From an uncultured Clostridia bacterium (GTDB taxonomy: Bacteria > Bacillota > Clostridia > TANB77 > UBA1234), in the NCBI GenBank assembly GCA_944393265.1, contig CALXZO010000002.1:5264-69263 (forward strand): 64,000 bases of DNA, read 5' to 3'. Shown one piece after another: positions 28,853 through 40,450 of the stretch. The stretch's first letter is position 1. Each line of letters begins with the position of its first letter. Below the pieces are notes generated by a model. The model did not search any database. It saw only the letters and a program-made list of their open reading frames with translations, and was not told the origin of the DNA. Made by a program: the position numbers and the translations under genes.

Positions 28853-28881
28853 ATTATACTATATACGAAAATATTCTGCAA
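28853..28881 (-). promoter_or_regulatory. Sigma-A-type promoter (TTGCAG-N17-TATAAT) for the 751-aa orphan gene
   Basis: Read from the reverse complement of 28853-28881. About 35 nt upstream of the start codon. Confidence 0.6.
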
Positions 28882-28990
28882 TTTATTAATTATACTTCTT
28901 CATATTTCTAAATACTTATTTGCAAATAAAATTAGAAAAAATAAAAATCTAATTTTTATGCCATAATATACATATACCTTCCTAAAATAA

Positions 28991-29025
28991 AAATGACACA
29001 CTTTTTTCAAAGGTGTCATTTTTTT
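28991..29025. terminator. Bidirectional terminator after the yunB-like gene (AAAATGACAC-N13-GTGTCATTTT)
   Basis: 10-bp perfect stem flanked by A/T runs on both sides. Confidence 0.7.
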
Positions 29026-29708
29026 CAATCCCACATATTAAGCGTATCTTCTGTTGTCAAATTTTCCATCCCCTCTAAGTTATAGAAGGTCTGCGGTACA
29101 TCTCCTATAAGAACTGTTTCTGCTACATTTACATAGTTTACAATTTCTACTTTTTCACTTGTAAATGGAGCAACTATCCACATCTTACTTTTAATTTCTA
29201 AGTACACTCTATGTCTCGTCTGGTTTATTCCTGTAGATATAAACTCTGTTTTAAATTCTAAACTAACTGTTCCTGTAGGAATTATCTTTACTTCTATATT
29301 GGGTCCTCTTCCTGCTAATAAACTATTTCCTGTAAAATTTCCTAATGGTATTTTTATATATGTCGCTTCTAATTCATTATTCATTTCTTGAATTATAGAA
29401 GATATTTCAGAACCTATTCTATTCATTTCTATTACATTTGCTCTTAATGCTAATATTTTTCCTTCATCATCTCTATCTAATATTATTAAATCAAGGTATC
29501 CTATATTTTCCATTACCTCCTGTACTGCTTGACTTGAAATAGATATTCCTAAGCTTTCTGCTCGTACTTTGCAAAGTGCCATAAGAGTAGGTTCTACTAA
29601 ATAAGTAATAAACTCAAACATTAACCACATCGCTAGTATTACTATAATGTATTCAATAATAAATGCCTTTCTTTTTACTTTAGTGAAGCCTAGTCGCTCT
29701 TTATTCAT
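29025..29708 (-). CDS. Sporulation protein YunB-like (N-terminal TM, 227 aa)
   Basis: Size, a single N-terminal TM segment, and a central ...KIIPTGTVSLEF... region resemble the YunB family. The sporulation-gene neighbourhood supports this. Confidence 0.45.
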   Translation of the reverse strand: MNKERLGFTKVKRKAFIIEYIIVILAMWLMFEFITYLVEPTLMALCKVRAESLGISISSQAVQEVMENIGYLDLIILDRDDEGKILALRANVIEMNRIGSEISSIIQEMNNELEATYIKIPLGNFTGNSLLAGRGPNIEVKIIPTGTVSLEFKTEFISTGINQTRHRVYLEIKSKMWIVAPFTSEKVEIVNYVNVAETVLIGDVPQTFYNLEGMENLTTEDTLNMWD

Positions 29709-29709
29709 A

Positions 29710-31275
29710 TCATAATATTTCCACTAGATTTTTCTTAACTTTCCTCGGAATGATTAATTGTTGATTAGGATATATTACATCATCTTTTAAATTATTATTT
29801 TCCATAATATCATTTATTGACGTTTTAAACCTTTTAGCAATTTTCCAAAGCGAATCTCCTGGCTTAACATAGTAAATTACAAGGCTTGGTATTTTCGTCA
29901 TTTGTCCATCTACTACTTCAATATTTTTTATTCCTCTTATTTCTTTATTTTTTTCTACATGAATTATTACATTTGCAACCATCTTTATTTGTATTTGATT
30001 ATCATCAACTTTTTTATAATCAATATTCTTTGCAACTATACTAACGTCTACATCCGCGCCACTTTGCAGATTCGGCACCTTCACAACTTGTTGAAATGGC
30101 AGACTCATTTTTTTGCTTTCTAATATTTTTTTGTTTTCATTATAATACAAAATATTAAAATCAATATTTCCTTCTAATGCAATTTTCCCGTCTAATGTAT
30201 TTTTATTTTGTATATTGGGCTCCGCTTCAATGTTTAATATCTTAATATTTTCTAGCTCAGGAATTAAAAGGCCATGCATTATTTCAATTTCTTCCTTTTG
30301 ATTTATTTGCCCTTGCATTATTTCTAAGCTTTCCTCTTCACACTTTAATTCATTTTCTGTATCATATACATCTGTAATTAATTCCATTTCTCCTTTTTTA
30401 TATACACATGCTTTTATTTCTATAGTACTTTCAACAGAAAAACTAAGCGCCTTCAAGTCTTGGTATACCGGCTTTAATAGAAAAGTTTTTAAATTATACT
30501 TAAGCTCAATATCCATATCCTCACTAATGCCATTATAATCTATAAAACCCATCACAGGAATTGTTGTTTCAAAGCTTTCAATACTTCTTTCATCATTATC
30601 CGCAACATATATTATTTTTATTAATGCATCCGCTTTGGCAAGTATCTTGTTATAACTTATTTTATAATCTTCATTTATAATTTTAATACATGCCTTTAAA
30701 ATCTCTCCAATAGGTTTACAATCTTCATCAAGACTCACACTTTCTTTAATTTCAATGTTTTCTCTCTTGCAATTACAAAGCATTTCCATTCCTATTTTTT
30801 CTTTTTGCAATTCTATTTTCCTATCATCTACAACGTCTTTAGCAATCGTGTGTTCAATCGTATTTGTAGCCTTTAAGTCTAGCGTTATCGGAGACTTTAT
30901 ATTTAATTTTCTTGCATTAACAATCTTACATTCAATCGGGCCCTTATAAAACTTTAGATCTATTATAGTATCTTCATTTGCTTCAGGGACATTAAAAGTC
31001 TCATAAAAATTAAACGAATTATTTAAGCTCTTGATTGTTCCACCATCATCTTCTGCTAGATACAAAACACAGATTTCCATTGTGCCTTCAACATTTACTT
31101 TGCCATTTAAAGCCTCTGTTTTTGTTATAAAAACATCACTATCTACATTAATTAAACTAAGTATATCTGGCTTTATATCTGGAACAGAAATATCTCCTTC
31201 TAATACTTTTGTTTTTTTCTCGCAACCAATGACTTTAGTAGAATTTATAGTTTCATTTATCGTTTCGACATTCAT
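29710..31275 (-). CDS. DUF3794 (SPOCS) repeat protein with C-terminal LysM domain
   Basis: C-terminal YYVKPGDSLWKIAKRFKTSINDIMENNNL...IIP is a LysM domain. Start MNVETINE with a GGAGGG RBS. The ORF-track N-terminal extension is probably not translated. Confidence 0.6.
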   Translation of the reverse strand: MNVETINETINSTKVIGCEKKTKVLEGDISVPDIKPDILSLINVDSDVFITKTEALNGKVNVEGTMEICVLYLAEDDGGTIKSLNNSFNFYETFNVPEANEDTIIDLKFYKGPIECKIVNARKLNIKSPITLDLKATNTIEHTIAKDVVDDRKIELQKEKIGMEMLCNCKRENIEIKESVSLDEDCKPIGEILKACIKIINEDYKISYNKILAKADALIKIIYVADNDERSIESFETTIPVMGFIDYNGISEDMDIELKYNLKTFLLKPVYQDLKALSFSVESTIEIKACVYKKGEMELITDVYDTENELKCEEESLEIMQGQINQKEEIEIMHGLLIPELENIKILNIEAEPNIQNKNTLDGKIALEGNIDFNILYYNENKKILESKKMSLPFQQVVKVPNLQSGADVDVSIVAKNIDYKKVDDNQIQIKMVANVIIHVEKNKEIRGIKNIEVVDGQMTKIPSLVIYYVKPGDSLWKIAKRFKTSINDIMENNNLKDDVIYPNQQLIIPRKVKKNLVEIL

Positions 31276-31434
31276 ATAAAAATCCCTCCTAATGTTTTTA
31301 GTATATACACTAAAATATATTAGGAAGGATTCTTTTTTAGAACAAGCAGGAAAAATTTTAACAAAAAAAATAGCGCACAAGAAACTACGCGAACCATCAG
31401 TCACGTACGTTCCTGCCGCTATTACTTTCTTCTT

Positions 31435-31719
31435 TTATAAATTAATCTTTGGATTCATCTCATCTAATATTGAATTAAAATTTCCATCAACATTAACGTC
31501 TAACTCAACTGTTCTTGTTAATACCTCTGTATACGTATACGTATAATTACGATTATTATCATCCATCTTTACTAAAAAAAGATTGGGATATGTATTCAAT
31601 AGGGTGCCCTCTCGCTCAAATGTCTTATTTCTCCCCAAACTTCCTCTTAGTACTACTTTTTCGCCAACACGTTCCTGTATGTTTTTCATAACCTCACTAA
31701 TATTGCTCTTTTCTATCAC
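31435..31719 (-). CDS. veg: Veg protein (biofilm/sporulation-associated small protein, DUF1021)
   Basis: ...EKVVLRGSLGRNKTFEREGTLLNTYPNLFLVKMDD...YTYTEVLTRTVEL... matches the Veg family. GTG start after GAGGGGTGG. Confidence 0.8.
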   Translation of the reverse strand: MIEKSNISEVMKNIQERVGEKVVLRGSLGRNKTFEREGTLLNTYPNLFLVKMDDNNRNYTYTYTEVLTRTVELDVNVDGNFNSILDEMNPKINL

Positions 31720-31753
31720 AATGAACCACCCCTCTTATTCTTCAGTATGCGTC

Positions 31754-31782
31754 TAGTATAGCACAAAAAAGTCTCAAAGTCA
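31754..31782 (-). promoter_or_regulatory. Strong sigma-A promoter of veg (TTGACT-N17-TATACT)
   Basis: Read from the reverse complement of 31754-31782. The veg promoter is classically strong. Confidence 0.65.
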
Positions 31783-31944
31783 AAGTATAATTATTCCTTT
31801 GTATCCGTTGCACGCCAAGGGATTCATAGTTCAATTATGTAAAGAAAACATAATAAATTTATATGCTTCTATTTAATTTTTATATAACAATTGTGTTTAT
31901 TATTCAAATGAAAATTGACATTTAAAAATTATAAGTTTTTTACT

Positions 31945-34782
31945 TTAATTTCTTTGCTTTAGCATCTTTTTTAAAAATTTTCCCGTATAAGAATTTTCGT
32001 TTTTTATAATTTGCTCAGGTGTTCCTTCTGCTATAATCTCGCCTCCATTTATACCACCTTCAGGTCCTAAGTCAATTATATAATCCGCAATTTTTATTAT
32101 ATCTAGATTATGTTCAATTATAACCATACTATTACCTGTATCTACTAATCTATTTAGCACTTCAATTAATTTATGAATATCTGCTATATGCAAACCTGTT
32201 GTAGGTTCATCTAGTATATACATCGTTTTGCCCGTAGGCTTTTTACAAAGCTCATTTGCAAGTTTTACTCTTTGCGCTTCGCCACCAGAAAGAGTCGTCG
32301 ACGATTGCCCTAGTTTTATGTATCCAAGTCCAACATCATATAATGTTTGAATCTTTGTTTTTATCTTTGGAATATTGGCAAAGAAATCTAATGCTTCTTC
32401 TACCGTCATATCTAAAATATCATAAATATTTTTTCCTTTATATTTTACTTCTAAAGTTTCTTTGTTGTAGCGCTTACCACAGCAAACATCACAAGGCACA
32501 TAAATATCTGATAAGAAATGCATCTCAATTTTTACAATGCCTTCTCCTTCGCAAGATTCGCATCTTCCTCCACTCACGTTAAAGCTAAATCTTCCTTTTG
32601 AATATCCACGCATTTTAGCTTCATTTGTTTCTGCAAACAAATCTCTTATTAAATCAAATACACCAGTATATGTTGCAGGATTCGAACGTGGCGTCCTTCC
32701 AATCGGTGATTGATCAATGTTTATTACCTTGTCTAAATTATTAATTCCTTTTATTGCTTCACACTTTCCCGGCTTTAAAGAAGCTCTGTTTAATTCATTC
32801 GCTAATCTTTTATATAATATTTCATTTATTAGTGAGGATTTTCCAGAACCAGAAACCCCGGTAATTGCAGTCATCATGCCCAATGGAATTTTAACATCTA
32901 TATTTTTTAAATTATTTTCTGCGGCACCAATTATCTCTAAATACTTTTTGTTGCCTTTTCTTCTTTTATCTGGCACTAAAATTTTTAGCTCACCACTTAG
33001 ATATTTACCTGTTATTGATTTAGGATTCTTCTTTATCTCTTCTGCTGTTCCCTCAGCAATTACTTCTCCACCATGGATTCCAGCACCAGGTCCTATATCT
33101 ATAATATGGTCAGCAGCATACATTGTGTCTTCATCATGCTCTACAACAATCAACGTATTTCCCAAATCCCTTAACTTTTTCAATGTTGCTATTAATTTTT
33201 CGTTATCTCTTTGATGCAGTCCTATGCTTGGTTCGTCTAAAATATATATTACTCCCATTAATCCAGAACCTATTTGTGTTGCAAGCCTAATTCTTTGAGC
33301 TTCCCCACCTGATAATGTTCCCGCACTTCTTGATAATGTTAAATATTCAAGTCCAACATCCATCAAGAACTGTAATCTTGCATTAAGTTCTTTTATAATT
33401 TGATTTGCAATCATTTCTTCTTTTGGTGTTAGCACTAAGTTATGTATAAACTTTTTAATTTCATTTATTGGCATAGACGTGACTTCGTATATGTTTTTAT
33501 CTCCAACAGTAACTGCTAAAGCATTCCTATTTAGCCTTGCACCATCGCATTCATAGCAATGAGATGCAGACATATACATTTCATAAAATTCTCTCATGCC
33601 GTTAGAAGAAGTCTCTTTATATCTTCTCTCCATAGTATTAATAACACCCTCAAATGGTGCCGTAAACCTTCTTACACCAGAGGTTTTGCTTTCATATTTA
33701 AAATCTATCTTTTCATCACCAGTTCCATACAACACTTTATCTAAAAACCACTCCGGTAAGTCTTTGGCTGGTTTTGATACATCAACATTATAATGCTCCG
33801 CAAGTGACTTAAGGTACATAACTCCCATATTATTATCTTTAGATTGATTCCACCCCATGCCTTTTAGAGCACCGTCAAGAAGCGAAATATTTCTATCTGG
33901 CAATATTAAATCTTCATCCATTTTTAATATATCTCCAAGCCCACTGCAGGTAGGACATGCACCATATGGATTATTGAAAGAAAATAATCTAGGTGTTAAT
34001 TCCTCGATACTCACATTACAATCAGGGCAAGAATAATTTTGCGAAAACAAAATTTCCTCTTTACCAACTACATCAACTAAAACTAATTTATTAGCGTATT
34101 TCAAAGCTGTTTCAATAGAATCATTAACCCTATTTCTAACATTATCTTTCACAACTATTCTATCTACAACAATTTCAATATTATGCTTCTTTGTCTTGGT
34201 CATTTGTATTTCATCTTCACTTAAATCATACATAGTGCCATCAACGCGAATCCTTACAAAACCATCTTTTTTAGCATCTTGAATTAATTTTGTATACTCT
34301 CCCTTTTTGCCTCTAACGACTGGGGCTAATATTTGAATTTTAGTTCCTTCTCCAAGCTCCATAATTGTGTCAACAATCTGATCTATTGACTGTTGCTTTA
34401 TCAATTTTCCGCACTTAGGACAATGAGGAATACCTATTCTTGCATATAAAAGCCTTAAATAGTCATATATTTCTGTCACAGTGCCAACTGTTGAGCGTGG
34501 ATTTTTTGATGTAGTCTTTTGGTCAATTGCAATTGCCGGAGATAACCCTTCGATATACTCAATGTCAGGCTTTTCCATTATACCTAAGAATTGTCTAGCA
34601 TATGACGATAAGCTTTCCACATATCTACGTTGCCCCTCAGCATAAATCGTATCAAACGCAAGCGATGACTTACCTGACCCACTTAGTCCTGTTACAACAA
34701 CTAGCTTATCTCTTGGAATTGTTACATTAATATTTTTTAGATTATTAACTTTTGCTCCCCTAATTTTAATATAGTCTGCCAT
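31945..34782 (-). CDS. uvrA: Excinuclease ABC subunit A
   Basis: [18 protein letters not shown]...[23 protein letters not shown]. Two ABC modules and zinc fingers. RBS AAGGGG. Confidence 0.96.
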   Translation of the reverse strand: MADYIKIRGAKVNNLKNINVTIPRDKLVVVTGLSGSGKSSLAFDTIYAEGQRRYVESLSSYARQFLGIMEKPDIEYIEGLSPAIAIDQKTTSKNPRSTVGTVTEIYDYLRLLYARIGIPHCPKCGKLIKQQSIDQIVDTIMELGEGTKIQILAPVVRGKKGEYTKLIQDAKKDGFVRIRVDGTMYDLSEDEIQMTKTKKHNIEIVVDRIVVKDNVRNRVNDSIETALKYANKLVLVDVVGKEEILFSQNYSCPDCNVSIEELTPRLFSFNNPYGACPTCSGLGDILKMDEDLILPDRNISLLDGALKGMGWNQSKDNNMGVMYLKSLAEHYNVDVSKPAKDLPEWFLDKVLYGTGDEKIDFKYESKTSGVRRFTAPFEGVINTMERRYKETSSNGMREFYEMYMSASHCYECDGARLNRNALAVTVGDKNIYEVTSMPINEIKKFIHNLVLTPKEEMIANQIIKELNARLQFLMDVGLEYLTLSRSAGTLSGGEAQRIRLATQIGSGLMGVIYILDEPSIGLHQRDNEKLIATLKKLRDLGNTLIVVEHDEDTMYAADHIIDIGPGAGIHGGEVIAEGTAEEIKKNPKSITGKYLSGELKILVPDKRRKGNKKYLEIIGAAENNLKNIDVKIPLGMMTAITGVSGSGKSSLINEILYKRLANELNRASLKPGKCEAIKGINNLDKVINIDQSPIGRTPRSNPATYTGVFDLIRDLFAETNEAKMRGYSKGRFSFNVSGGRCESCEGEGIVKIEMHFLSDIYVPCDVCCGKRYNKETLEVKYKGKNIYDILDMTVEEALDFFANIPKIKTKIQTLYDVGLGYIKLGQSSTTLSGGEAQRVKLANELCKKPTGKTMYILDEPTTGLHIADIHKLIEVLNRLVDTGNSMVIIEHNLDIIKIADYIIDLGPEGGINGGEIIAEGTPEQIIKNENSYTGKFLKKMLKQRN

Positions 34783-34954
34783 AAACAAACCCCTTTCCGC
34801 AACTCACATGCTTTTTTATTATACCACACTCAACATTATTTACAACTATAGTCAGAATTAAATCGTAAAATAATTATGTTTATTTTATGTGTCTAATAAT
34901 TTACGTAATGATTCTATTCTAATATTTAGCTTTTTATCAACAAAACTATATATG

Positions 34955-34989
34955 AAAAAGCGTATTACGTGGTATGTAATACGCTTTTT
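34955..34989. terminator. Terminator between the nuclease-like gene and uvrA (AAAAAGCGTATTACG-TGG-TATGTAATACGCTTTTT)
   Basis: Long perfect hairpin flanked by A/T runs. Confidence 0.7.
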
Positions 34990-35032
34990 CATTTAATAAA
35001 ACATCAATATGTTTTATTATCAGATAACATTT

Positions 35033-35917
35033 TTACATGTTATCGCTCTCTTGTTTACCGCAAGATTCTTCTATGTTTGGCAATGCATCGCCAAACGTAC
35101 ATTCAAAATTCTTAGTGTCGCAAACTTTGATATCGTATATATCATTTAGTCCAGTCATAGCTTCATTGTCGATTCCTGCAACTATCAAGAATCGATGTTC
35201 GGCCGGAACATGCATAATCTTAGCACGATTGACGTACTTTTCTATGTATCTTTGATAGTCACCCGTCTTACATTCTACACTGAACAGTTCTCCTCCAATC
35301 AGTGTCAAAATGTCCCACTCAAAAATATCGCCATTTGGCATTTTCCCTTTCACGTTCACGAAAATGTTTTGATCATATCCGTGCTCCCTTAATGCCCTTG
35401 CTACGACTTTAGCAGTAAAGTATTCTAACCACTTTCCGTTGAAGAAAGCAACACTTTTGGAATGAGGATTGGGCTTTATCTTCAATATGTAATGAGGCGC
35501 CCTCTTGTACTCGTAATACTCCAAAAATGCCAATTTTTTCATTCCACTAAATGTGGAACACATTCCTGTAATTGCGTTCTGAGAATAGTCCTTCAAGTTT
35601 ATTGTGATAACATTCCCGCTTTTAAGTGACTCTTTTATTCTCTTTAAGATCATATCCATTTCGCAAAAAAAGTACCCTATGTTATACGCTGAAAATATCA
35701 ATGTCTGATTTATATCTTCGAACAAAGTATATTCCAACACTTCTATCCCGCATTTTTGCATGTAGCCTTTTAGGAGTTCCCCCTTATTTACCACAGGTTC
35801 ATTCTTTTCGTCATCATGACCGTCATTGCTTGATTTTTTTCCATGTGCTGCTGTCAGTTTTTCAAGTTCCACTAAAATCCGTGCCAATGTCTCGTTCAGT
35901 TTCTCAAGTTCACCCAT
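35033..35917 (-). CDS. Hypothetical protein with C-terminal PD-(D/E)xK (restriction-endonuclease-like/Hjc-like) nuclease core
   Basis: The C-terminal segment GKWLEYFTAKVVARALREHGYDQNIFVNVKGKMPNGDIFEWDILTLIGGELFSVECKTGD fits the G..E...L...G....D(I/L)..-E.K pattern of PD-(D/E)xK nucleases. It has an N-terminal coiled coil and a strong RBS AAGGAGAGG. Confidence 0.5.
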   Translation of the reverse strand: MGELEKLNETLARILVELEKLTAAHGKKSSNDGHDDEKNEPVVNKGELLKGYMQKCGIEVLEYTLFEDINQTLIFSAYNIGYFFCEMDMILKRIKESLKSGNVITINLKDYSQNAITGMCSTFSGMKKLAFLEYYEYKRAPHYILKIKPNPHSKSVAFFNGKWLEYFTAKVVARALREHGYDQNIFVNVKGKMPNGDIFEWDILTLIGGELFSVECKTGDYQRYIEKYVNRAKIMHVPAEHRFLIVAGIDNEAMTGLNDIYDIKVCDTKNFECTFGDALPNIEESCGKQESDNM

Positions 35918-36064
35918 TAAATAACACCTCTCCTTTTTTGATAATAATCATTCAAGGTTATCCTAGTTATCACTTCCAGCCTCATTTTATCACTATATCT
36001 TTTAAATATCAACTAATTCAAGTAATGTATTTTTCACTTATATCTATCATTACTGTTTTATTGT

Positions 36065-36073
36065 ATGGTATAA
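36065..36073 (+). promoter_or_regulatory. Extended -10 (TGGTATAAT) of the promoter for the amidase-like gene
   Basis: TTGTAT ... TGGTATAAT about 25 nt upstream of the AGGAGTG RBS. Confidence 0.45.
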
Positions 36074-36096
36074 TGATGTTGTTAGGAGTGATTAAA

Positions 36097-36660
36097 TTGA
36101 AAAATATTTTTATCATACTTACTCAGCCTATGACCAGCATTGCAAGGCTTTTGCGCTTTTTTTCACATGATAAATTTAATCATGCTTCTATTTGCATAGA
36201 TGAAAACTTTTCTGAGTTCTATTCTTTTGGAAGAATATTTGTTAATACCCCTCTTTTTGGTGGTTTTTTAGTTGAAACAGCTTTTACTCACGTGTTTGGG
36301 AAATATGACAATATTCCATGTATGGTATTAAGGAAAAGCGTTTCAGATGAAGAATTTAATATAATTAAAGCTACTATTTCCGAATTTGTTGAGAATCCAA
36401 AGAAATATAAATATGATAAACTTAACTTACTACTTGCAAAAACTAGTATTAGCTTTCCTAGGCATAACAAGTTCTTTTGCTCTGGTTTTGTTGCATACGT
36501 TTTAGAACGCGCTAATATTAGAGTTCCAAATATTAAAGAGAAAATTAGACCAATGCAATTTCTTGAACTTGAAGGTATAGAAGTCATTTACGAAGGTGAA
36601 CTTCATAAGTGGTGTAAAAATCCCGCTACCATGGCTCAAAAAAGCACCTCCGACAATTAG
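36097..36660 (+). CDS. YiiX/YaeF-like permuted papain-fold (C92-type) amidase family protein (TTG start, ~188 aa)
   Basis: An N-terminal motif ...RLLRFFSHDKFNHASICIDEN and a C-terminal ...FFCSGFVAYVLE match the permuted His...Cys arrangement of the YiiX/LRAT-like family. The ORF-track extension upstream of 36097 overlaps the opposite-strand gene and is not credible. Confidence 0.45.
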   Translation: MKNIFIILTQPMTSIARLLRFFSHDKFNHASICIDENFSEFYSFGRIFVNTPLFGGFLVETAFTHVFGKYDNIPCMVLRKSVSDEEFNIIKATISEFVENPKKYKYDKLNLLLAKTSISFPRHNKFFCSGFVAYVLERANIRVPNIKEKIRPMQFLELEGIEVIYEGELHKWCKNPATMAQKSTSDN

Positions 36661-36708
36661 TTAATAACTAGCGTTGGAGGTCTCTTTTTATTTTGTCTAT
36701 CCAATAAA

Positions 36709-36752
36709 GCTCGCTTTTAACCATGAGGTTTTTATTGTTTCATACGAAAAAG
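36709..36752 (+). repeat. Partial copy C (3' half) of the intergenic repeat element
   Basis: GCTCGCTTTTAACCATGAGGTTTTTATTGTTTCATACGAAAAAG versus copy A GCTCGACTTTAAATATGGAATTTTTGTTGTTTCATACGGAAAG. Confidence 0.6.
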
Positions 36753-36796
36753 TTCTTAATGGCATAATACATTAGACTTTTTTCTACTTTTACATG

Positions 36797-36830
36797 AAAA
36801 AACAAGGGACTTAAAAAAGTCCCTTGTTTG
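36797..36830. terminator. Bidirectional terminator (AAACAAGGGACTT-AAAA-AAGTCCCTTGTTT) shared by rpoC and the amidase-like gene
   Basis: Perfect 13-bp stem flanked by A/T runs. Confidence 0.8.
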
Positions 36831-36835
36831 TCTTC

Positions 36836-39800
36836 TTATGCATTGCTTCCTTCTGTTGCTAATGCTTGCTCTTCTTCTGGCTTTGGAACTGTAAGAGCTG
36901 TTGGCTCTCCAGTTTCTGCAGATATTGGTTGCATTTCCCTGTATCTCATTAAGCCTGTTCCAGCTGGAATTAGTTTTCCTATAATAACATTTTCTTTTAA
37001 TCCCACTAGCGGATCTACTTTTCCTTTTATAGCAGCTTCTGTTAATACTCTCGTCGTCTCCTGGAATGATGCAGCTGATAAGAATGAATCCGTTGCAAGT
37101 GAAGCTTTTGTTATTCCTAGCAATAATCTCTTTCCTGTAGCTGGTTTTCCACCTGCAGCAATTGCTTTTTCATTTTCTTCTTCAAACGTTAATACATCAA
37201 CCATTGTTCCAGGTAACAAGTCTGTTGTTCCTTGCTCCTCGACTTTAACTTTTCTAAGCATTTGCCTTATTATTGCTTCTATATGTCTATCATTTATATC
37301 AACACCTTGGCTTCTATAAACTTTTTGAACTTCTTGTACTATATATCTTTGTACCCCTTCTGCTCCTTTGATTCTCATAATATCTTGCGGATAAATTGAA
37401 CCTTCTGTAATCTCATCTCCAGGTTCAACTTCGTCCCCGTCGTGAACTAAAAGCCTTGATCCGAAAGGTATTAAATATGATTTAGATTCTTTGTCATTTG
37501 TTATAACTGCTTCTCTCTTCTTCTTTGTGTCATTTATCGTAACTTTTCCTGCTATGTCAGATATTATAGCAAGTCCTTTTGGTTTTCTAGCTTCAAATAA
37601 CTCTTCAACTCTTGGAAGACCTTGCGTTATATCTCCTCCTGCAAGACCACCCATATGGAACGTTCTCATCGTAAGCTGTGTTCCCGGCTCACCAATTGAT
37701 TGAGCTGCAATTATTCCAACAGCTTCACCAATATTTACGACTTGTCTTCCAGACAAATCATTACCATAACATTTTGCACAAACTCCACGTTTTGAACGAC
37801 ATGTAAGCAATGTCCTAATCTTAACCCTTGTCACGCCTGCTGCAATTATTTCATCTGCTATTTTGTCTGTAACTAATGTATCTTTTTTAGCTATCACTTC
37901 TCCACTCTCAGGATGTATAACATCTTCTATCAAAAATCTTCCTGTTAATCTTTCTGCTAAACCTTCAATTAATTCATTTCCATTTTTTATGTCTGTAACC
38001 CACATTCCATCTGATGTACAACAATCTTCTTCTCTAACAATTATTTCTTGGCTAACATCTACAAGTCTTCTTGTTAAATAACCTGAATCAGCTGTTCTAA
38101 GTGCTGTATCAACTAGTCCTTTTCTTGCTCCGTGCGCAGATACGAAATACTCTAGCACATCCATACCTTCTCTAAAGCATGATCTTATAGGTATCTCGAC
38201 TGTTCTACCAGCAGTATCCGCCATAAGTCCTCTCATAGCTGCAAGCTGTCTTATCTGCTTCATATTACCACGAGCACCTGATGTTGCCATCATGTATATT
38301 GGGTTTCTCTCATCAAAATTTTTAATCATGGCATCTGTAACCTCATTCGTTGCTTTATCCCAAACCTTGATTACAGAATTATATCTTTCCTCATTTGATA
38401 TTAAACCTCTTTTATATTGCTTTGTAATTTCATCAACTTTTTGTTCAGACCTTGCAAGAATTTCTTTCTTTTCTTCTGGAATCATAACATCCGAAACCGA
38501 AACTGTTATAGCTCCTTTTGTCGAATATTTATATCCTAATGATTTGATATTATCTAGTAATTCTGCTGTCTCGCTTATTCCTTTATTTTTAATACATGCA
38601 GAAATTATTTTTCCAATACTTCCTTTAGTTACTGGGAAGTTTACCTCTAAGTCAAACAACTTTTCAGGATTGCTTCTATCTACTAGTCCCAAGTCCTGTG
38701 GAATTATATCATTAAATATAACTTTTCCGATTGTTGTGTCTATTATCTTTGACCTAGTTTCTCCATCTACCTCTTTAAACATTCTAACTTTTATCTTTGC
38801 ATGAGCTGCTATAACACCATCTAAATATGCCATCATAGCCTCGTCTTTATCTTTGAATATCATGCCTTCGCCTTTTGCGCCATCTTCTTCTATTGTTAAA
38901 TAATATGATCCAAGAATCATGTCCTGAGTTGGAACTGTTACTGGTTTTCCATCTTGAGGTTTTAATAAGTTATTGGCTGATAACATAAGATATCTTGCCT
39001 CGGCTTGGGCTTCTGGTGTTAATGGTAGGTGAACAGCCATTTGGTCACCATCAAAATCGGCATTAAACGCTGTACATACAAGTGGATGTAATTTTATTGC
39101 TCTACCTTCAATTAGGACCGGCTCAAAAGCTTGTATGCCAAGCCTATGTAGTGTTGGTGCACGGTTTAGCATTACAGGATGATCCTTTATAACATATTCT
39201 AAAACATCCCAAACTTCTGGTTTTAATCTTTCCACCATTCTTTTTGCGTTCTTTATGTTATGCGCAATGCCTCTAGAAACTAGCTCTTTCATAACAAATG
39301 GCTTAAATAATTCGATCGCCATTTCCTTTGGAAGTCCACATTGATATATCTTAAGCTCTGGTCCAACAACGATAACAGAACGTCCAGAATAGTCAACACG
39401 TTTACCAAGTAAGTTTTGTCTAAATCTACCTTGCTTACCTTTTAGCATATCAGATAAAGATTTAAGTGCTCTGTTTCCTGGCCCTGTAACAGGTCTTCCC
39501 ATTCTTCCGTTATCAATTAGACTATCAACTGCTTCTTGAAGCATTCTCTTCTCATTTCTTACTATTATTTCTGGTGCACCAAGTTCTAATAACCTTTTTA
39601 GTCTGTTGTTTCTATTAATTATTCTTCTATATAAGTCATTCAAATCAGAAGTCGCAAACCTTCCTCCATCTAGTTGTACCATTGGTCTTAAATCTGGAGG
39701 TATTACTGGTAAAACTTCTAGTATCATCCATTCCGGCTTATTACCAGAAAGTCTAAAGCTATCAATTGTTTCAAGCCTTTTTATTATCTTAGCTTTCTTT

Positions 39801-40405
39801 TGTCCATTAGCTTTAGCTAGCTCGTTTTTTAACTCTGCCGCAAGCTTTTCAACATCTATTTCTTTTAACATTTCTTGTATGGTTTCAGCTCCCATTCCTG
39901 CTTTAAAAGAACCTTCACCATATTTCTCAATGCTCTCTCTATACTCCTTTTCAGTAATCACTTGCCCTTTTACTAACGATGTCTCACCTGGATCAGTAAC
40001 TATATATCCTGCAAAATACAATACTTTTTCAAGAGCACGCGGTGAAATATCCAACATAAGTCCAAGTCTGCTTGGTATACCTTTGAAATACCAAATATGA
40101 GAAACTGGGGCAGCAAGCTCTATGTGACCCATTCTTTCTCTTCTAACTTTAGATTTAGTTACCTCTACTCCACATTTATCACATACAATTCCTTTATATC
40201 TTGCTCTCTTATATTTTCCGCAGTTACATTCCCAGTCCTTAGTAGGCCCAAATATCTTTTCACAAAATAATCCATCACGTTCTGGTTTTAGAGTTCTGTA
40301 ATTAATAGTTTCTGGTTTTTTAACTTCACCTTTCGACCATTCCCTAATTCTTTCAGGAGACGCAAGTCCTATTTTTATACGGTCAAATACCTCTGAATCA
40401 ACCAT
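36836..40405 (-). CDS. rpoC: DNA-directed RNA polymerase subunit beta'
   Basis: ...[14 protein letters not shown]..., Zn motif [16 protein letters not shown], and NADFDGDQM. Confidence 0.97.
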   Translation of the reverse strand: MVDSEVFDRIKIGLASPERIREWSKGEVKKPETINYRTLKPERDGLFCEKIFGPTKDWECNCGKYKRARYKGIVCDKCGVEVTKSKVRRERMGHIELAAPVSHIWYFKGIPSRLGLMLDISPRALEKVLYFAGYIVTDPGETSLVKGQVITEKEYRESIEKYGEGSFKAGMGAETIQEMLKEIDVEKLAAELKNELAKANGQKKAKIIKRLETIDSFRLSGNKPEWMILEVLPVIPPDLRPMVQLDGGRFATSDLNDLYRRIINRNNRLKRLLELGAPEIIVRNEKRMLQEAVDSLIDNGRMGRPVTGPGNRALKSLSDMLKGKQGRFRQNLLGKRVDYSGRSVIVVGPELKIYQCGLPKEMAIELFKPFVMKELVSRGIAHNIKNAKRMVERLKPEVWDVLEYVIKDHPVMLNRAPTLHRLGIQAFEPVLIEGRAIKLHPLVCTAFNADFDGDQMAVHLPLTPEAQAEARYLMLSANNLLKPQDGKPVTVPTQDMILGSYYLTIEEDGAKGEGMIFKDKDEAMMAYLDGVIAAHAKIKVRMFKEVDGETRSKIIDTTIGKVIFNDIIPQDLGLVDRSNPEKLFDLEVNFPVTKGSIGKIISACIKNKGISETAELLDNIKSLGYKYSTKGAITVSVSDVMIPEEKKEILARSEQKVDEITKQYKRGLISNEERYNSVIKVWDKATNEVTDAMIKNFDERNPIYMMATSGARGNMKQIRQLAAMRGLMADTAGRTVEIPIRSCFREGMDVLEYFVSAHGARKGLVDTALRTADSGYLTRRLVDVSQEIIVREEDCCTSDGMWVTDIKNGNELIEGLAERLTGRFLIEDVIHPESGEVIAKKDTLVTDKIADEIIAAGVTRVKIRTLLTCRSKRGVCAKCYGNDLSGRQVVNIGEAVGIIAAQSIGEPGTQLTMRTFHMGGLAGGDITQGLPRVEELFEARKPKGLAIISDIAGKVTINDTKKKREAVITNDKESKSYLIPFGSRLLVHDGDEVEPGDEITEGSIYPQDIMRIKGAEGVQRYIVQEVQKVYRSQGVDINDRHIEAIIRQMLRKVKVEEQGTTDLLPGTMVDVLTFEEENEKAIAAGGKPATGKRLLLGITKASLATDSFLSAASFQETTRVLTEAAIKGKVDPLVGLKENVIIGKLIPAGTGLMRYREMQPISAETGEPTALTVPKPEEEQALATEGSNA

Positions 40406-40450
40406 TTTTTTACTCCTTCCTTATTACATAATCTTTAAATTAAAATATGC

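Noticed and set aside
34789-35032. Search for a LexA (Cheo-box GAAC-N4-GTTC) operator upstream of uvrA
   Set aside because: No GAAC-N4-GTTC or close variant seen in the uvrA upstream region. The CGAACAAAAATG at 13802 belongs to the repeat element and has no GTTC half.
35626-36096. N-terminal 157 codons of the ORF-track ORF 35626..36660
   Set aside because: It overlaps the well-supported opposite-strand nuclease-like gene. The real plus-strand gene starts at TTG 36097, behind its own extended -10 promoter and AGGAGTG RBS.
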